Below, piece by piece: positions 37,001-49,930 of a stretch of 64,000 nucleotides of DNA. Source of the stretch: Bugula neritina. Taxonomy: Eukaryota; Animalia; Bryozoa. Where the stretch lies: positions 6,863,929-6,927,928 of the forward strand of contig OZ037769.1 of assembly GCA_964035545.1 (NCBI GenBank). The letters run 5' to 3'. The notes under the pieces were generated by a model that worked only from the letters and a program-made list of their open reading frames with translations, made no database searches and was not told the origin of the DNA. Each line of letters opens with the position of its first letter. Position 1 is the stretch's first letter. A program made the translations under genes and the position numbers.

Positions 37001-40000
37001 GCTAATGAGAACTATGATGAAGTAATTACTAAACCCCTCTAATCTTGCAATTATAAAAACATCCCAGCACCTCTGCTTACTGATCAGAAGTTATCATAAG
37101 TTGAAACAGTAGCCTAATGGCATCAAATGGAAGTCATGGCATATTTGGGGCATACTGTGATAAATACTCATGCAAGTTTATAGTCACCATCCTCAGGAGA
37201 TCTCCTGATGGAAAGAGTTTTTTTAAAGAGGGCAAAGGGCTTATTAATATGTAGCACAGGAACAATTATGACTGGATGCTCTTCCTAACATCACAAATAG
37301 CCTTTTTCGGGGTTCGAACCCATGACTTCGTGCTTACTAGGCAAACGCTCTAACCCTTAGACCACGGCTGCTCCCTAGAAAGGCACACTGTGATACTTCC
37401 CATAAAATTTGCAAATTGAAAAATTAGTTACATATGTCAAAGTGGTCACCTCGTCAGGGGGCAAAGTGCTCCAACCCTGAACTCTGCTCATTTCACCTTC
37501 GGTAGATTCATCTGCTGTCTTAGCTTGAAAGAGACCGTCCAAACCAAGAGAGGAAATGGTGGAAGTAGAATTCAAAGCTGCATTCCCTCCCACCTCTATC
37601 ACATTTATTGATAGCATATGATAGTAATAATGTTCATGAACAAACAATACACTGCATTAGCGCAGACTGCCATGTGCTACTTAAACTTCATTGAAATTAA
37701 TCTATCTTTAATACTAATTAGTGTCTCTTGGTTTGAGGCTTAAGTTTTATGAACGATTTAATAAAATATTATTCTAATTATGATAATAATACAATAAACT
37801 AAAATAGACTACGGTAATATAATAAATAAAATTAAAATGTATTAAAATATGCTAGAATTGGATAGACCAGAATAGAGAACTTTCTGGAACTGCCAGAATG
37901 GGATAACTCCTAAAGGTAAGTTCTCCTGCAGAAACTGCAAAAACTAAGATCGTTGTGCTGATCTTCTGTGTGAAGCAATAGCCACAACTCAGTATATAAA
38001 AATTGATTTAGTTAAAATGTTTAGTCTAATCAATGCTGAGAAATACACAAGTTTATTTTTCAATAAAAACAGTTTTAAAAGTTAAGTGCATTGGTCACAT
38101 GAGGCTTAATATACTATGTAGCATAAAATTAAAAGACACATTTTTATTTTAAAAATTTTAAGAATTCTATATTGCAATTAACATGTTCTATAAAGGAGAT
38201 ATTATAAACATTATAAACAAAGAACATTGCTTCGTAGGAAAAGCTAATCAAATAAAATTAATATTTCAGAATCAAAGTTGTATTAAAAATGACTATGGCT
38301 TTGACTACTTTATATTAAATGTTTTTACTAAATATTTTAATCTGGTATAACTTATTTACACAACAAATGTTGCCTGTCTAATGCAACTATTTCAGTTAAA
38401 GTTGAACTCTCTCACCTGATGATGAAGACTTAAACAATGCTGGCTTTTCATCAGGACTATCAAGGTAAACTTTCTGGGGCAAGGATTTCTACAAGCAGTT
38501 AGTTGAACTGTAATGTTTACTTCAATTAGGTAACATAAATATTTTATTGAGAACATAAATATTCCTTAGTGAAAGAGGCACCAGTATGATTTAAGGTGAG
38601 TGAAAGATATATAACAATAACTCCATAAGAAGTTTGTGGTAGAAAAAGAAGAAAAGATGCATGCTCCATGTCTAAAGGTTTGGCCACACACTCGTGAGAA
38701 TTACATAAAATTCGTGTGAATATTGTCATGAGTTATCCTCTCGTTATGAACAGCCACACGCTTGTCAGACGAAACACATAATAAATAGTTCGTGAGTGAG
38801 TCTTGCACAAGATACAAACAGCAGAAAATTGCCAGCCACAGAAACATAGTAGAAGTGAAATAATCACTGTTGCTAAAATTCTATTGACCAATCAAATAGT
38901 GCTTATCGTTAACTGCGATTTTTCATCCATCGTCTTCGGTGGGTGCACCCAGCAAATACAATTTCGTATGAATTCCCTCAAATTTGACTGTGCGTTTGTG
39001 TTTTCGTGTTAAATAGACGATTTCGTGTGATTCTCACGAGTGTGTGGCCAGGTCTTAAACCAACAATGGACAACCAGAGTGGAAAGAAATTTTCCCTTTT
39101 CTGAAATTAATCATGGAAAAGTGAAAAAAACTCGATGTTCACTGGAAAGTGTGAATATTAAAGTAGCTATAGAGTATACTTTGATTTATTCGAGGTATAC
39201 CAAGTGTCATAAACTCATTTTATAGTTTCAGCACAGAAAGATTTGATTAAGAATTGCATATTTACTGCTATGTTGTATGTTTTCCTGTTTGCTGGAACAC
39301 TTGCGCAGTTCCTAAACAGTTCTTTATTATCTGAGGATATAGCCTCAGATCTGAGTCTAGTCATGTGACTTGCAGGAAGCAGACAGCTATCACTACTAGA
39401 CTTCTGAAGTTTCAGCTCATCCACAGCTGTGGTACACAGGCTAGTAAAACATAACGAGTTGTAAGAACTCACAGAGTGTATATCTTTCATCTAATATAAT
39501 CTTCTTAAAAAAGAATAATTAATTTACTCAATCACTACACTTACAACTTAGTTTTATCATTTAAAATTTTAACTCGGCAACGTTTTGGCTTCAAGTCAAA
39601 ATGAGAAAGTCTTGTTTTAAAGATTTTTTTATTCCATCACCAAACATTATTCTATATTCAAAATCACAGCACAGAACCTGTTTTATATCCATTTAGAACA
39701 AAAAGAAACTGTGTTCCTCCTGTAAAATTGTTGATAGTATATTATAAAAAAGCTGAATGAATAAAAACTTAATATAATTTGCATCTTTTTTCAATATCTA
39801 ACAATCGTAAAACAGTAACAAAGTAATTGAAATAGTTCAACGTGATGAGACAGACAGAATTCTTACAGCATTATAAGCAGTATGTAGTTTCAGCGAGTCT
39901 ATGACTTATTAGTTACATCATATCCTGTTACCTGTTGAGATCTGGCGAGAGAATGTCAGCCTCGGGCACTGTTTCTTTGTTGACTGTCTTGGTATCACAC

Positions 40001-43000
40001 ACTGAACTGAGGCTGTTGTTTAATATTATCTGGATACTATTTATCTGTTGCCGTGGTAACGGGTTAATACAGAGACGAAGAGCTTGTGAGCCACAATCTA
40101 CATCCGGTGGGAGAAAGCTTACAACAATGCTGCCTAAAACAAACAAGTGTTGATATATATTATAAAACCATTTTAGAACTTGAGTTGTGTAGTGATGAGT
40201 TTACCCAGTGGTCCCTGTGGTGTATTGGTTGCAAGCCGAATGTCTTGGGTTCGAATCCCAGTGAGGGCAATTATTTTATAACTTGAGATGTACACTTTTT
40301 ATTTATACATATTTCCGGACATGTATGAAATCACATGGACACTTCCAAACACCTTTGACAGATGCAGCTTATCTGACCAAATAAACTGCATCAGCTTAAT
40401 ATTTAATTCTACGTCTTTGATTTCAGAAATCTTTTCAACAAGAAAATAAAATTACAGACTACCACAAGAAGTATTAATTTACCACTTTCTACCACACTCC
40501 GATTACGAGAAAATTCCACAGAGGTAAACTACTATCAGAAAATACGTTCAGTCACTGCAAGGTAAAAATGGTGTAGCATACAAACATGAAGTTGATGTAG
40601 CAGGAGACTCACTCGTTGGTGAATCTGAAGTTGGAGACACACAGGCTATGTCTGCTTTAGGAGCTGAGGCTACACACCGGACGTTGTTGTCAATAGTCAA
40701 GTTGATCTCGGGGAGGGCAGAACTTCTGTCAGAGCTGTTTGTGGTTAGTTCCTTACCGTGCAGCTGGACATCTTGTTGATAAGTTTGGTTGGTGACTGAT
40801 AGGGAATTAGATGCTCTTCTTTCTAGCACATTCTCTGCACTACTTTGTTCTGTACCATCATTCCCTATATTACTCTGTTCTGCACCACCATTTCCTGTGC
40901 TAATTGACTCTGTGTTACCACATGCTGTATTACTCGGCTCTGTATTACTATTCTCAGCATTGCTACTAGCAGCTGCATTGGATTTCTTGGAGCCTTGGAG
41001 GGTGGAACCAGCAGAAGACGTTCCATCAAATGAAGGATGTCGAAACTAAAATATTTCTATATATGTTATTATCGTAGAAAGAAAAGGTTCTATGTATATT
41101 CGAAGATATTAGTCTAGTAAAATAATTGTAATACGTAAAATAAAACACACCTAGTTCATAGTTAATTAAATGACCAATATTCAATATACTAGCTCAACCA
41201 TAACATACATCTGACCAGTTGAAAATTATATAATATATATGCTATGTTAATATATCCAGTAATTAGTATAATCAAATATACCAGCTCAGTTAGACTATAT
41301 ATTTATGTTATTTGCAAAATCAAATACCTAGTCATTCATATTTCCTACCTGGTCTAATGAGTTCTGTCTAGTCACATTGCTCGAAGTCTCATCAGAAGAT
41401 CTTCTTGTATCCTACACAAGTTGCAGACAGTCATACAGCTAAGTAAACTAACAGCAAATATTAGCTGCTACGATCACAAAAAAGCATAGAAGTATAACTG
41501 AATGTGTCTGCTTTTAAGCCAGTATCATGACTTTTAGAACTGTACTTGTTTCCAGCCTCTGATAAAGAGGAATGACTGCAGATGTGATTGAGTAGCAGAC
41601 TAGTGTCTAAAAAACCTACTGATTTATAAATGCTTGAGAAGTTTCTCATCTAGTAGCACACAGGAAATGGTATAGGCTAATAAAATCTTGCAGATGTTTA
41701 GATGGTATTGTGATTCATGTGACATCATGATTCACTCAACTTCATGACTCATGTGACATCATGATTCACTCAACTTCATGACATCACGTCATGACATGAC
41801 TCACCTGACTCAGCGTCTCCTGAATGTCTTCCAGACTTGGAATCTTAGAAGATCTACGGACAATTTCTCGTTCCATTGGCACTAAAATACAACATTGCTA
41901 ACATCTTTTGGTAAACTTGTAGTTTCAGATATATACAGTACATATTATACAAGGTATTCAAAAATGAGGTATGTCACATCGCATGTGCATTGGTCCTCAT
42001 CATATGAAATGTGTTCATATATACCAACAGGACCTGCTAACTACACATTACGGAAATAGCGAGCAAGTTCAACATGAAGTTAAGCTGAAGGCAGCTACAA
42101 AATGCTTTGAAAAATATGCATTTCAGGACAAAATTATTATTATTCTATGTTGAATAGTATAAACTTTTCTCTTTAAACAGGGAAGTAATGCTCGACAACT
42201 TACAAAACTTATTGGACCAGCCACCCTCCCCATCAGGGGTGAGAAAGATAGCCGAGCTTCTCCGTCTTTGATTTCTTGGTGAGGGGGGTTTACTAGCAAT
42301 CTCCTCTGAACATATAGATCCTCTTCTTCCAGTTCTAAGACCACATTTGTATCATTACAGATAAAGCCTTCTGCTCAATATATTGTATAACTACAGTAAA
42401 AGTAATTTTGAAAAGCAGAAAATTTCTTTTATATTGTAGTTTTAGGTAGATTCCACTAAGAAAACACTTTTTAAAAGCAATTTAAAATTATAACTTGGAA
42501 TATAGTTTAACACTGCTGCAAGAGCTACATTGTGCATAGCACCATATTGGACTAATCTGCTAGGGTGGTGGTGGTGGTGGTGGTGGTGGTGGTGGTGGTG
42601 GTGGTGGTGGTGGTGGTGGTGGTGGTGGTGGTGGTGGTGGTGGTGGTGGTGTTGGTGGTGGTGGTGTTGGTGGTGTTGGTGGTGGTGGTGGTGTTGGTGG
42701 TGGTGGTGGTGGTGGTGGTGGTGGTGGTGGTGGTGGTGGTGGTGGTGGTAACCCCTCCCTCAACATTGGCGTACAGTCAACATTAAAACTTCCATGTATA
42801 ATTATCGGCAAATTCATCCTTTTCAACCCAATCATCAGATCACTTACATACACAGAGACAAACTCTCACATCTCTAATCTTTAGACTAACTCACAGCACA
42901 ACTCTTACTGTAATATTCTACCTTTTAGAAGAAGTAGGATGGCTGTAGTTTCTCTCTAAGGTGCTTGCCTGAGACTCAGTGTCGGTCTCATCGCCACCCA

Positions 43001-43087
43001 AACCAAAGCTTACAGCCGGTAAGATCACAGACTTGTCAGAGCGTACACTGTGCTCATCGTCATTTGACTGCCTATCCAACTCAAACA
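34093..43087 (-). CDS. Uncharacterised Ser/Thr-rich, probably disordered protein; multi-exon, 5' end unresolved
   Basis: Phase-consistent exon chain from about 38490 to the stop at 34093 (KSLPQKVYLDSPDEKP, GGNAALNSTSTISS, VNHIWRSKSEPSLP, KRRDSCVSSLNTDY, QESRVGDEDIMVP, ICSLVNK|CVQEIFKNILE...KKDWI*). Further exon-like segments lie at 43087-42922, about 42370-42205, 41881-41805, 41411-41349, 41045-40612, 40133-39932 and from 39490; some upstream junctions do not match in phase. No recognisable domain. Confidence 0.6.
37166..37375 (-). mobile_element. tRNA-derived SINE family A
   Basis: Full-length copy of the same consensus. Confidence 0.9.
38676..39055. mobile_element. PIF/Harbinger-type MITE
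   Basis: TIR core tggccacacactcgtgagaat / attctcacgagtgtgtggcca; TAA on both flanks. Confidence 0.75.
40208..40276 (+). mobile_element. tRNA-like head of SINE family B (internally deleted)
   Basis: gtggtccctgtggtgtattggtt...caagcc...gggttcgaatcccagtgagggcaa. Confidence 0.6.
42563..42749. repeat. (GGT)n microsatellite
   Basis: About 62 triplets with a few TGT-type variants. Confidence 0.95.
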
Positions 43088-43277
43088 CTACAACACATTC
43101 AAATTTTTGATAGCACAATGACATATTAAAATCATTTCAACAATGTTGATACATTGGTATATGAATGTAGCGCACTTCCTGTTTGTAACGCATGTTTCTG
43201 TTTGACATTTATACGTAATCAAAAGAATTCCTGCAAAATTCTCTTGCAAAATACATGTACAGTGTTGTGATTCTCCA

Positions 43278-43360
43278 GTAGCCCCTTAAGTTTAATGGTG
43301 AGCATACCAGCTTACAAGTTGGAGGTCTGCGGTTCAATCTCCAGTAGGGGCAAAAGTTTT
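43278..43360 (+). mobile_element. tRNA-like head of SINE family B
   Basis: gtagcccc...taatggtgagc...cttacaagttggaggtctgcggttcaatctccagtaggggcaaaagtttt. Confidence 0.6.
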
Positions 43361-43390
43361 TACAATATGGTGTGAACATATAACTATAAT

Positions 43391-43582
43391 GGTGTCTGGT
43401 AAAAATGGCACACTTTTAATTTTGGGGTTGGAGATTTGGGGAGGGAGTTGAGGGTTCAGGGTGGGGGTTTAGGTTTTGGTGGCTTTGAGTTTGGGGTTTT
43501 GGGTTTGGAGTTTAGCGAAATTTAACATCAGTGTGCCATTTCAGCTACTTTTCTATAATTTGTGCTGTTTTTACCTAAAATT
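43391..43582 (+). mobile_element. Second copy of the HINE-like element
   Basis: ggtgtctggtaaaaatggcac...degenerate GGGTTT-like repeats...aaatttaacatcagtgtgccattt...tttttacctaaaatt. Confidence 0.6.
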
Positions 43583-43616
43583 AACTATAACTAAAAGTTA
43601 TCAACACAGAATATAT

Positions 43617-46600
43617 TCAACTATGAGTCGCAGTACACAAACACTGACACTTGTCGTGTAGAGTTCCCTTGACCGCTGCCATGGACCAGCTGACCACAGA
43701 GCTTGCTCTGGACTTTCTCGGCTCGTTGATGTAGACCTGTACTGGGCAGGTGGCAGTGGGCATGCTCTGTCGCACTTGTCGTGGCAAGTGCTTGTCATGT
43801 GGCTTGGCGTGTGAATCTTCAGTGTTTTTGTGTGAACTGCAAATCACTGAATGTTCTAATTTCGAAAATATTGTTTCTGGCTGATATACCAGTGTATGAC
43901 ATATTATATCATTAAAAAAATTTTAGCTCAAATTTCAAATGTTGGCGCACACTTTGAAGAGTAGAAGCAGGGAGTTCTTATAGTTCATATCTAAGATGTG
44001 TTAAAACATACAAGCAACTGTTACAATTGTGATCATTAATATACATAAAACTTGTGCTAACTATAGTCAGATAGAAGCTTATAGCCTATAGACTGAGCTC
44101 TCCTAGACTATATAGCGTTGTGTAGACCTACCCTCCCTCACCGTAGCGCCAGTCACTCTCAGCTATAGATACAAACGAGCCTACACTAACACTGGACTTG
44201 GTGGAAGTAGCTACAGACATGCCACTTTTGTAGAGGCTACAGCATCTGCAGCACAACGGCTCTAAGATGCTGATAAAGGCAGATTTCATGTCTTTGTTGT
44301 AGACGCTGTAGATGATCGGGTTTATCACAGAGTTGAGATAGCTGTCAGTACAAAACAAGTAGGCATTAGTTATAGGCCAGCTTCAGAATGTAACTAGTAA
44401 TGCTAAACTGTGTGGCATAGATCAGTGATATAAATTGTAAACCGGCGAGAGTTTGTACAGGTCTAGCAAGTATATGAGGATGTTTCAGTTGAGTTTGAAA
44501 GTTTTACGATAACACAGAAGTAGTCAGGTTAATTTCCATAATGAGATATAATAACAGTTGAATTATAAGATACAATAACAGTTGAATTATAAAAGCAGTT
44601 TTAGGGCATACAGGTAATAATTAATAAAAATATCAAAAGACGTAAAAAATAAAAATTCCAAATTTTAATTATTTTATGGAGTGGTTTATACTGAAGTCAG
44701 TGCAACACAACGACATGTATACAAGATATACAGATATATATACAAGATATACAGATGTATATACAAGATATACAGAAGTATATACAAGATATACAGATGT
44801 ATATACAAGATATACAGATGTATATACAAGATATACAGATGTGTATACAAGATATACAGAAGTGTATACAAGATATACAGATGTATATACAAGATATACA
44901 GATATATATATATATATACAAGATATACAGATGTGTATACAAGATATACAGGAGTGTATACAAGATATACAGGAGTGTATACAAGAGTAACGTACCCCAG
45001 CCAGAAGCATACTTTAAAAGCTGTATCCGACACTTTACACTCTTTCTTGCAAAGGCCGTTGAGTAGATAGACAATAGAAAATGGAGTCCAGCACACGATA
45101 AACGCACCCACTATTATACTTACAGTCTTAGCTGCTTTTTTCTCAGAGAGAAACCTTAACAAATGAGAGAGAAAATATATTGCTGACAAACAATGCGATT
45201 AGAAAGCAATTTTGTATTCTGACATTCCATATGGTAACTTCTGAAATGCTATGAAACTGCAGAAATAAGTGGGCATGCAAAGGCACTTCTCAGCAAAGTT
45301 GGAGGTTTAGCAAATATTTACTGTAAACTAAAGATCCAACACCATAAATTAGAATTATGCAGTATGTTTTGTATCAGAGTAAAGAAATGCCGAGTTACAA
45401 TTCTGTAAAAATGTCATTTCAATTCTACATAAGTTACAAGTTATTCAAACTTATAGTAATAACATGTGTATTCCAAAATTTTGCTATACTAGCTATTGTA
45501 TGACTTCAAAGATACCTTTTAAACCGCCTGCTGAGAGATCGTTTAGATCTGCTGTTGGTTGAAGAGGTCTGTGAAATATAACTAGCTCTCGGGATCACAA
45601 GATGCTGCTTAAAATAATCTCTAATCAGGTCAGACTCCATATCTCCGCCGTATGAGCTCGAACTCGACCTTGAACTTCTCATAGAGTCTCGAGGGACAGC
45701 CAGACTGTAGCATTAGAAAGTTGTATTGCGATAAATAGTGGGCTTCAAGAGTTCGAGTGACTCCATTAAAGACATTACTCTACTTCCTGATTACTCTAAA
45801 CTAGTACCTCACAATCAAAACACCATACCAGTAGATGAGGCCTTTAATAGTGTGCAGAATTCTTTGCTGAAATTCAAGTGTGAGTTTTGCAGTGTTGAAA
45901 ATGTAAAAATAGCTGCTCAAAAATATACATTCATATGCCAGACCATAAAGCGCTTATATTTATTCGGCTTTGCATATACTTGAAGTAAATTGTTAAGCAC
46001 ATTAGCAATGAATTTATTATATTAAAATACAAAACCACAATAAATAAAAATACTTTGCACATGTATAACATATGCTTATACAGATACTAAAACTATATAT
46101 TATAATAATCAGTATAGAAACAAATAATGTGTCAATATGCTACACGTCATGTCTTTTTCATACTTATCGAATTAGATTGGTTAAATAATTAAAATAATGA
46201 TTACTCTGTTGCCAATGGGGTTGTATCTTATAGAATGTACCATTTTACAGCAATGGTAATATTAATCAATAAATACCATTAACTTGTAGTGCTAATGAGC
46301 TGAATTGAGCCAGAAATATTCTTTAGTTGTAGATGTTGTGTGAAATTAAGCTTTATTTAGACTGACTTCCTATATTTTTATTTCTCCAATTTTTGTGTAT
46401 CAATTATAACTGTTTCTTATGTTCTGGTGATTACTGCAACTAATATGAGGTTACACTTGTCCTTAGCTTTTGGAGTTGCATTCTCCTAGGGGAGGCTAGT
46501 TAAAAAACAAAGCCCTTTCTCACTAAGCAAACGTAAGCAAGTCAGTAAAAAACATAAACAATAAACAAATAAATAATAGAAACTGGCGAAGAGTTATAAT

Positions 46601-48698
46601 TCATAGGGGAGACCAAATTACAAGCAATAGACTATTCACCTCGTTCCTTCAAAGTCTGAGACAGAGCCGCTAGATCGGGAGCTGCGAGAGCTCATTGGAG
46701 ATATGAAGAGATAGCCTGACCTTGAGCGCTGCCCCGGCACCATGAGAGTGTCGCTGCTGTCTTGCTTAGATAGACTGTACCTGCTGCCGCTCATAGGTTG
46801 ACAGCTAAGTGTGTCTGCTGTCGACCTAGATACCTACACACAAACAAACAGCGTCATTTGAAGCAAGCACAGACTCAGAGAGTGGTTTACTAGTCTTAAC
46901 AAGTTATTGGATATTGATCTATATTCAATGATGGCTAATTTGAAGCAATTTGTTTTGAAAATTAGCAGATATACTAACCAGTATGATAATGGTGTATCAC
47001 AGGTATGCTTTTGATGCAGTTTCAGCCAACTTTTATCATGAAAATCAAAATATGTGTTTCCTTGTTCATTTATAATTTTTAATTTTGATCATTTTTAATT
47101 TGGTACAAAAATTTCAACAAAGCTTTTTTGTGACATGAATTTATTTCAGCCGCAGACATCTTTCTGAACAGTGTAGACAACTCTCACATATATTTATCAT
47201 GAAAATAGTATTATGAGCTCAAAGTATTGATTTTAATAAAAGTATTTAATGTATTGTTAAAATATGGTTTAAAAGGAAACTGTAAATATAGCTCATGCAC
47301 ACACCTGACTGTACCTCTGCCCAGGCTTACTGGATGAATACCCACTCGAGGAAGATGTGAGACGGCGAGTTATACTTCTATCATCCGAGAAGAACAGAGC
47401 TCGGCTGTCGCTTCTTTCTATATCTCCCCCTCCCTCACCCCCATCCCCCAAATCTAACAGCGAACCCACCACTGACCTTTTCTTTATTGACTCCATGTGA
47501 GTCTTTGCGACCTAATAAATACATACGGCAGTGAGAAACATGGTTCCAAATGTCAAGGTTACCAATGCTACACCACCATGTCATCTTATATTGACAGCAC
47601 GGCGTTCGAGCGTTCTCATCTATATTACCTTTCAACAATAAAAATACGCATATAAAGGTATTTAAAGAAATAATTTCCAGCTTTTGCTAGTGAGTCTGAA
47701 GGAATAAAATTAGGTTTGCTCTCAGCTTTATATGTGACACAACACGGTTTCATGGTGTGTCATTCGTCACTGTATAATATCAGAGAGCTGGCTTGCTATA
47801 AGAAAATGAACTTCATGGTGTTACAACTTACAACCTGGCTTAGCATTGAGACCACTACCAAAAAGTACACACTTTTCTCAATTATAATTACTGTTAAATA
47901 AAACAGAGTCCCCAAAAATGTTTGTGGCAATGCTTTCACCAATTTATCAAATTATTACTGAGCATTGCTAAGGTAGAATATAAAAGCAAATGAAATTGAA
48001 AGCTTCCCATGACATTTTTTCTTGCCATTGGTTAACACTCAGAAAAAATAAACATTGATTTATCAGAATATTAAAATATTCCCAGCAACTTAAATACCTT
48101 GTATATCTTGCAGTATAAAACAGACATGATAGCAAATGGAAGGTAGAAGGAGCCAATAGCGGAGTAGATAACATAGCCAGCTGAATAAGGCAAATAGCAA
48201 ACACCAGTTTTGTAGTGCTGCTTCCTCCACCCCAGCACCGGGGGAATGGAAATGGTGAGAGACGTGAAGTATATAACACTAATTACAAGTATTACTCTTT
48301 TTCCTGTTATCATTTTAGGGTAGAGTAAAGAGTTGCTACAACAGAGCATTAAACCCAAATTAGCTTGCAGGAGTGTGTTACTCCTAGCAGTCTGTGTTCT
48401 GCACTCACTTTATATGAATTGTGTGTCTTTCATCAAATAAATGTAGATCTATAAATTATACTACGCTTTGTGGTTGACAACAGAGGATATATATGTTCAA
48501 TGTTCATAAAGGTATAATTTCAATAGCAATTTATATTATATATATATTATAATATATATTACATATTATATATATATATAAATATATATATATACATATA
48601 TTTATATATATATATATATATAAATATATGTATATATATATATATATATAAATATATGTATATATATAATATGTAATATATATTATAATATATATTAC

Positions 48699-48752
<54 letters not shown>

Positions 48753-49186
48753 TCTGAGAAAGATACATACAGTGTGATTGCCTACCTTATGGCCATGTAT
48801 CGGTCAGCACTTATAGCTACCAGGCTATAGATAGACGCTGTCGATACAAACACATCTAATACAGTCCAAATTAGACACACTTCTGCTCCGAATATCCAGA
48901 TTCCGGTGATGTCATAGACAGCAGATATTGGAAGTATCATTATAGCTAGTGACAAGTCTGTTACGGCTAAATTTAAAATGAAATAGTTACTCGGCTTCCT
49001 TAGCCGAGATCTTAAACAAAACGCTACAATTACAATACTATTCCCCAAAACAGCTATGAGTATGATCAATGATAAAGTAATGCTGACAGACACGGTAAAG
49101 ATGAGAGACGAAACCAACGGAGCAGCAGTAACTAACGAGTCAAGGGAGGAATTATAGTTCGAGAAAGTTGTTGAAATATTTGCCAT
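43617..49186 (-). CDS. Octopamine-alpha-like (alpha1-adrenergic-related) aminergic GPCR, 7-8 coding exons
   Basis: Exons 49186-48786, 48335-48098, 47511-47305, 46833-46640, 45704-45516, 45154-44996 and 44341-44142 (or read-through to the stop at 44128), with a probable last exon at 43846-43617. Motifs: [57 protein letters not shown] (Y6.55, as in OAMB-type receptors), [15 protein letters not shown]. Confidence 0.85.
44716..44986. repeat. 21-bp minisatellite (gtatatacaagatatacagat)
   Basis: About 12 units starting about 10 nt from a GPCR donor site. Confidence 0.92.
48530..48751. repeat. Degenerate (TA)n microsatellite
   Basis: Interrupted TA tract in intron 1 of the octopamine-like receptor. 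Confidence 0.9.
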
Positions 49187-49704
49187 GGTGACTCGCTTTA
49201 CACAAGGCACATAAAGCATCTAAATATTTTTTCACTTACCCAAACTTTTAATAAGCGAGTTACTTATTAAAAAAATCTATGATTGGCAATTATTGTGCAA
49301 CAACCCCAGGCAATTTTAATAAAACTTTCTAGTAATAAGAAAATTCACACTGGAGACAAGTTGAACACTAAGTCTGGTACTATTTCATACTGACACCCAT
49401 GTAGAACATCAGTCTGGCTCTCAGCAACATGTTTTCTACATCTAGAATGCTTAAAGCACTGCAGTATTTAAGATAAGCAATATTATAGAGCATAACTTCA
49501 CAGTTTAAAATTTGCCTAAATGTCATGAATTAGACACATCCCATGATTTTTAGAAGCGTTATGCAAAATATGAAGGATTTCCTTTTGTTGGGATATAGTC
49601 AATAGTCCTTGTATATAAGGACATGTGTGTGCACTTGCATGTGTTGGCATATTCAATAAGAGTAAACGAATGTTAGAGTAGAGCAGTTTTAAAAACTCTT
49701 AAAG

Positions 49705-49768
49705 CTGCCCATAATTCTAACCTCTACTGTTGTCAATAGACAACAGTAGAGGTTAGAATTGTGGGCAG
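49705..49768. repeat. Near-perfect hairpin: 30-bp arms, 4-nt loop
   Basis: ctgcccataattctaacctctactgttgtc-aata-gacaacagtagaggttagaattgtgggcag; one wobble position. Confidence 0.9.
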
Positions 49769-49818
49769 AAATTTAGAAATCTATTGAGGCAGAAATTTAG
49801 AAATCCCAACCAAACCAA

Positions 49819-49930
49819 TTGTACCAATTTGAATATCTCACCATTATAACTCATGTAAAATTCTGCAAGTTAAAATGTAAAATGCATGCTTCAAAAAATA
49901 CTTGTGCAACTTTTGCTATGCACATTATTT
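49819..49930. mobile_element. Solo remnant of the long-TIR element terminus
   Basis: tgtaccaatt...ctcaccattataact...ttctgcaagttaaaatgtaaaatg...tgtgcaactttt aligns by eye with 53081-53193. Confidence 0.7.

Noticed and set aside
42530-42853. Poly-Pro, poly-Trp and poly-Val ORFs (formin-like appearance)
   Set aside because: (GGT)n microsatellite; the poly-Pro frame stops right after the repeat and no FH2 domain is present.
44669-45107. Overlapping repetitive ORFs in several frames
   Set aside because: Produced by the 21-bp intronic minisatellite; only 45154-44996 is a real exon.
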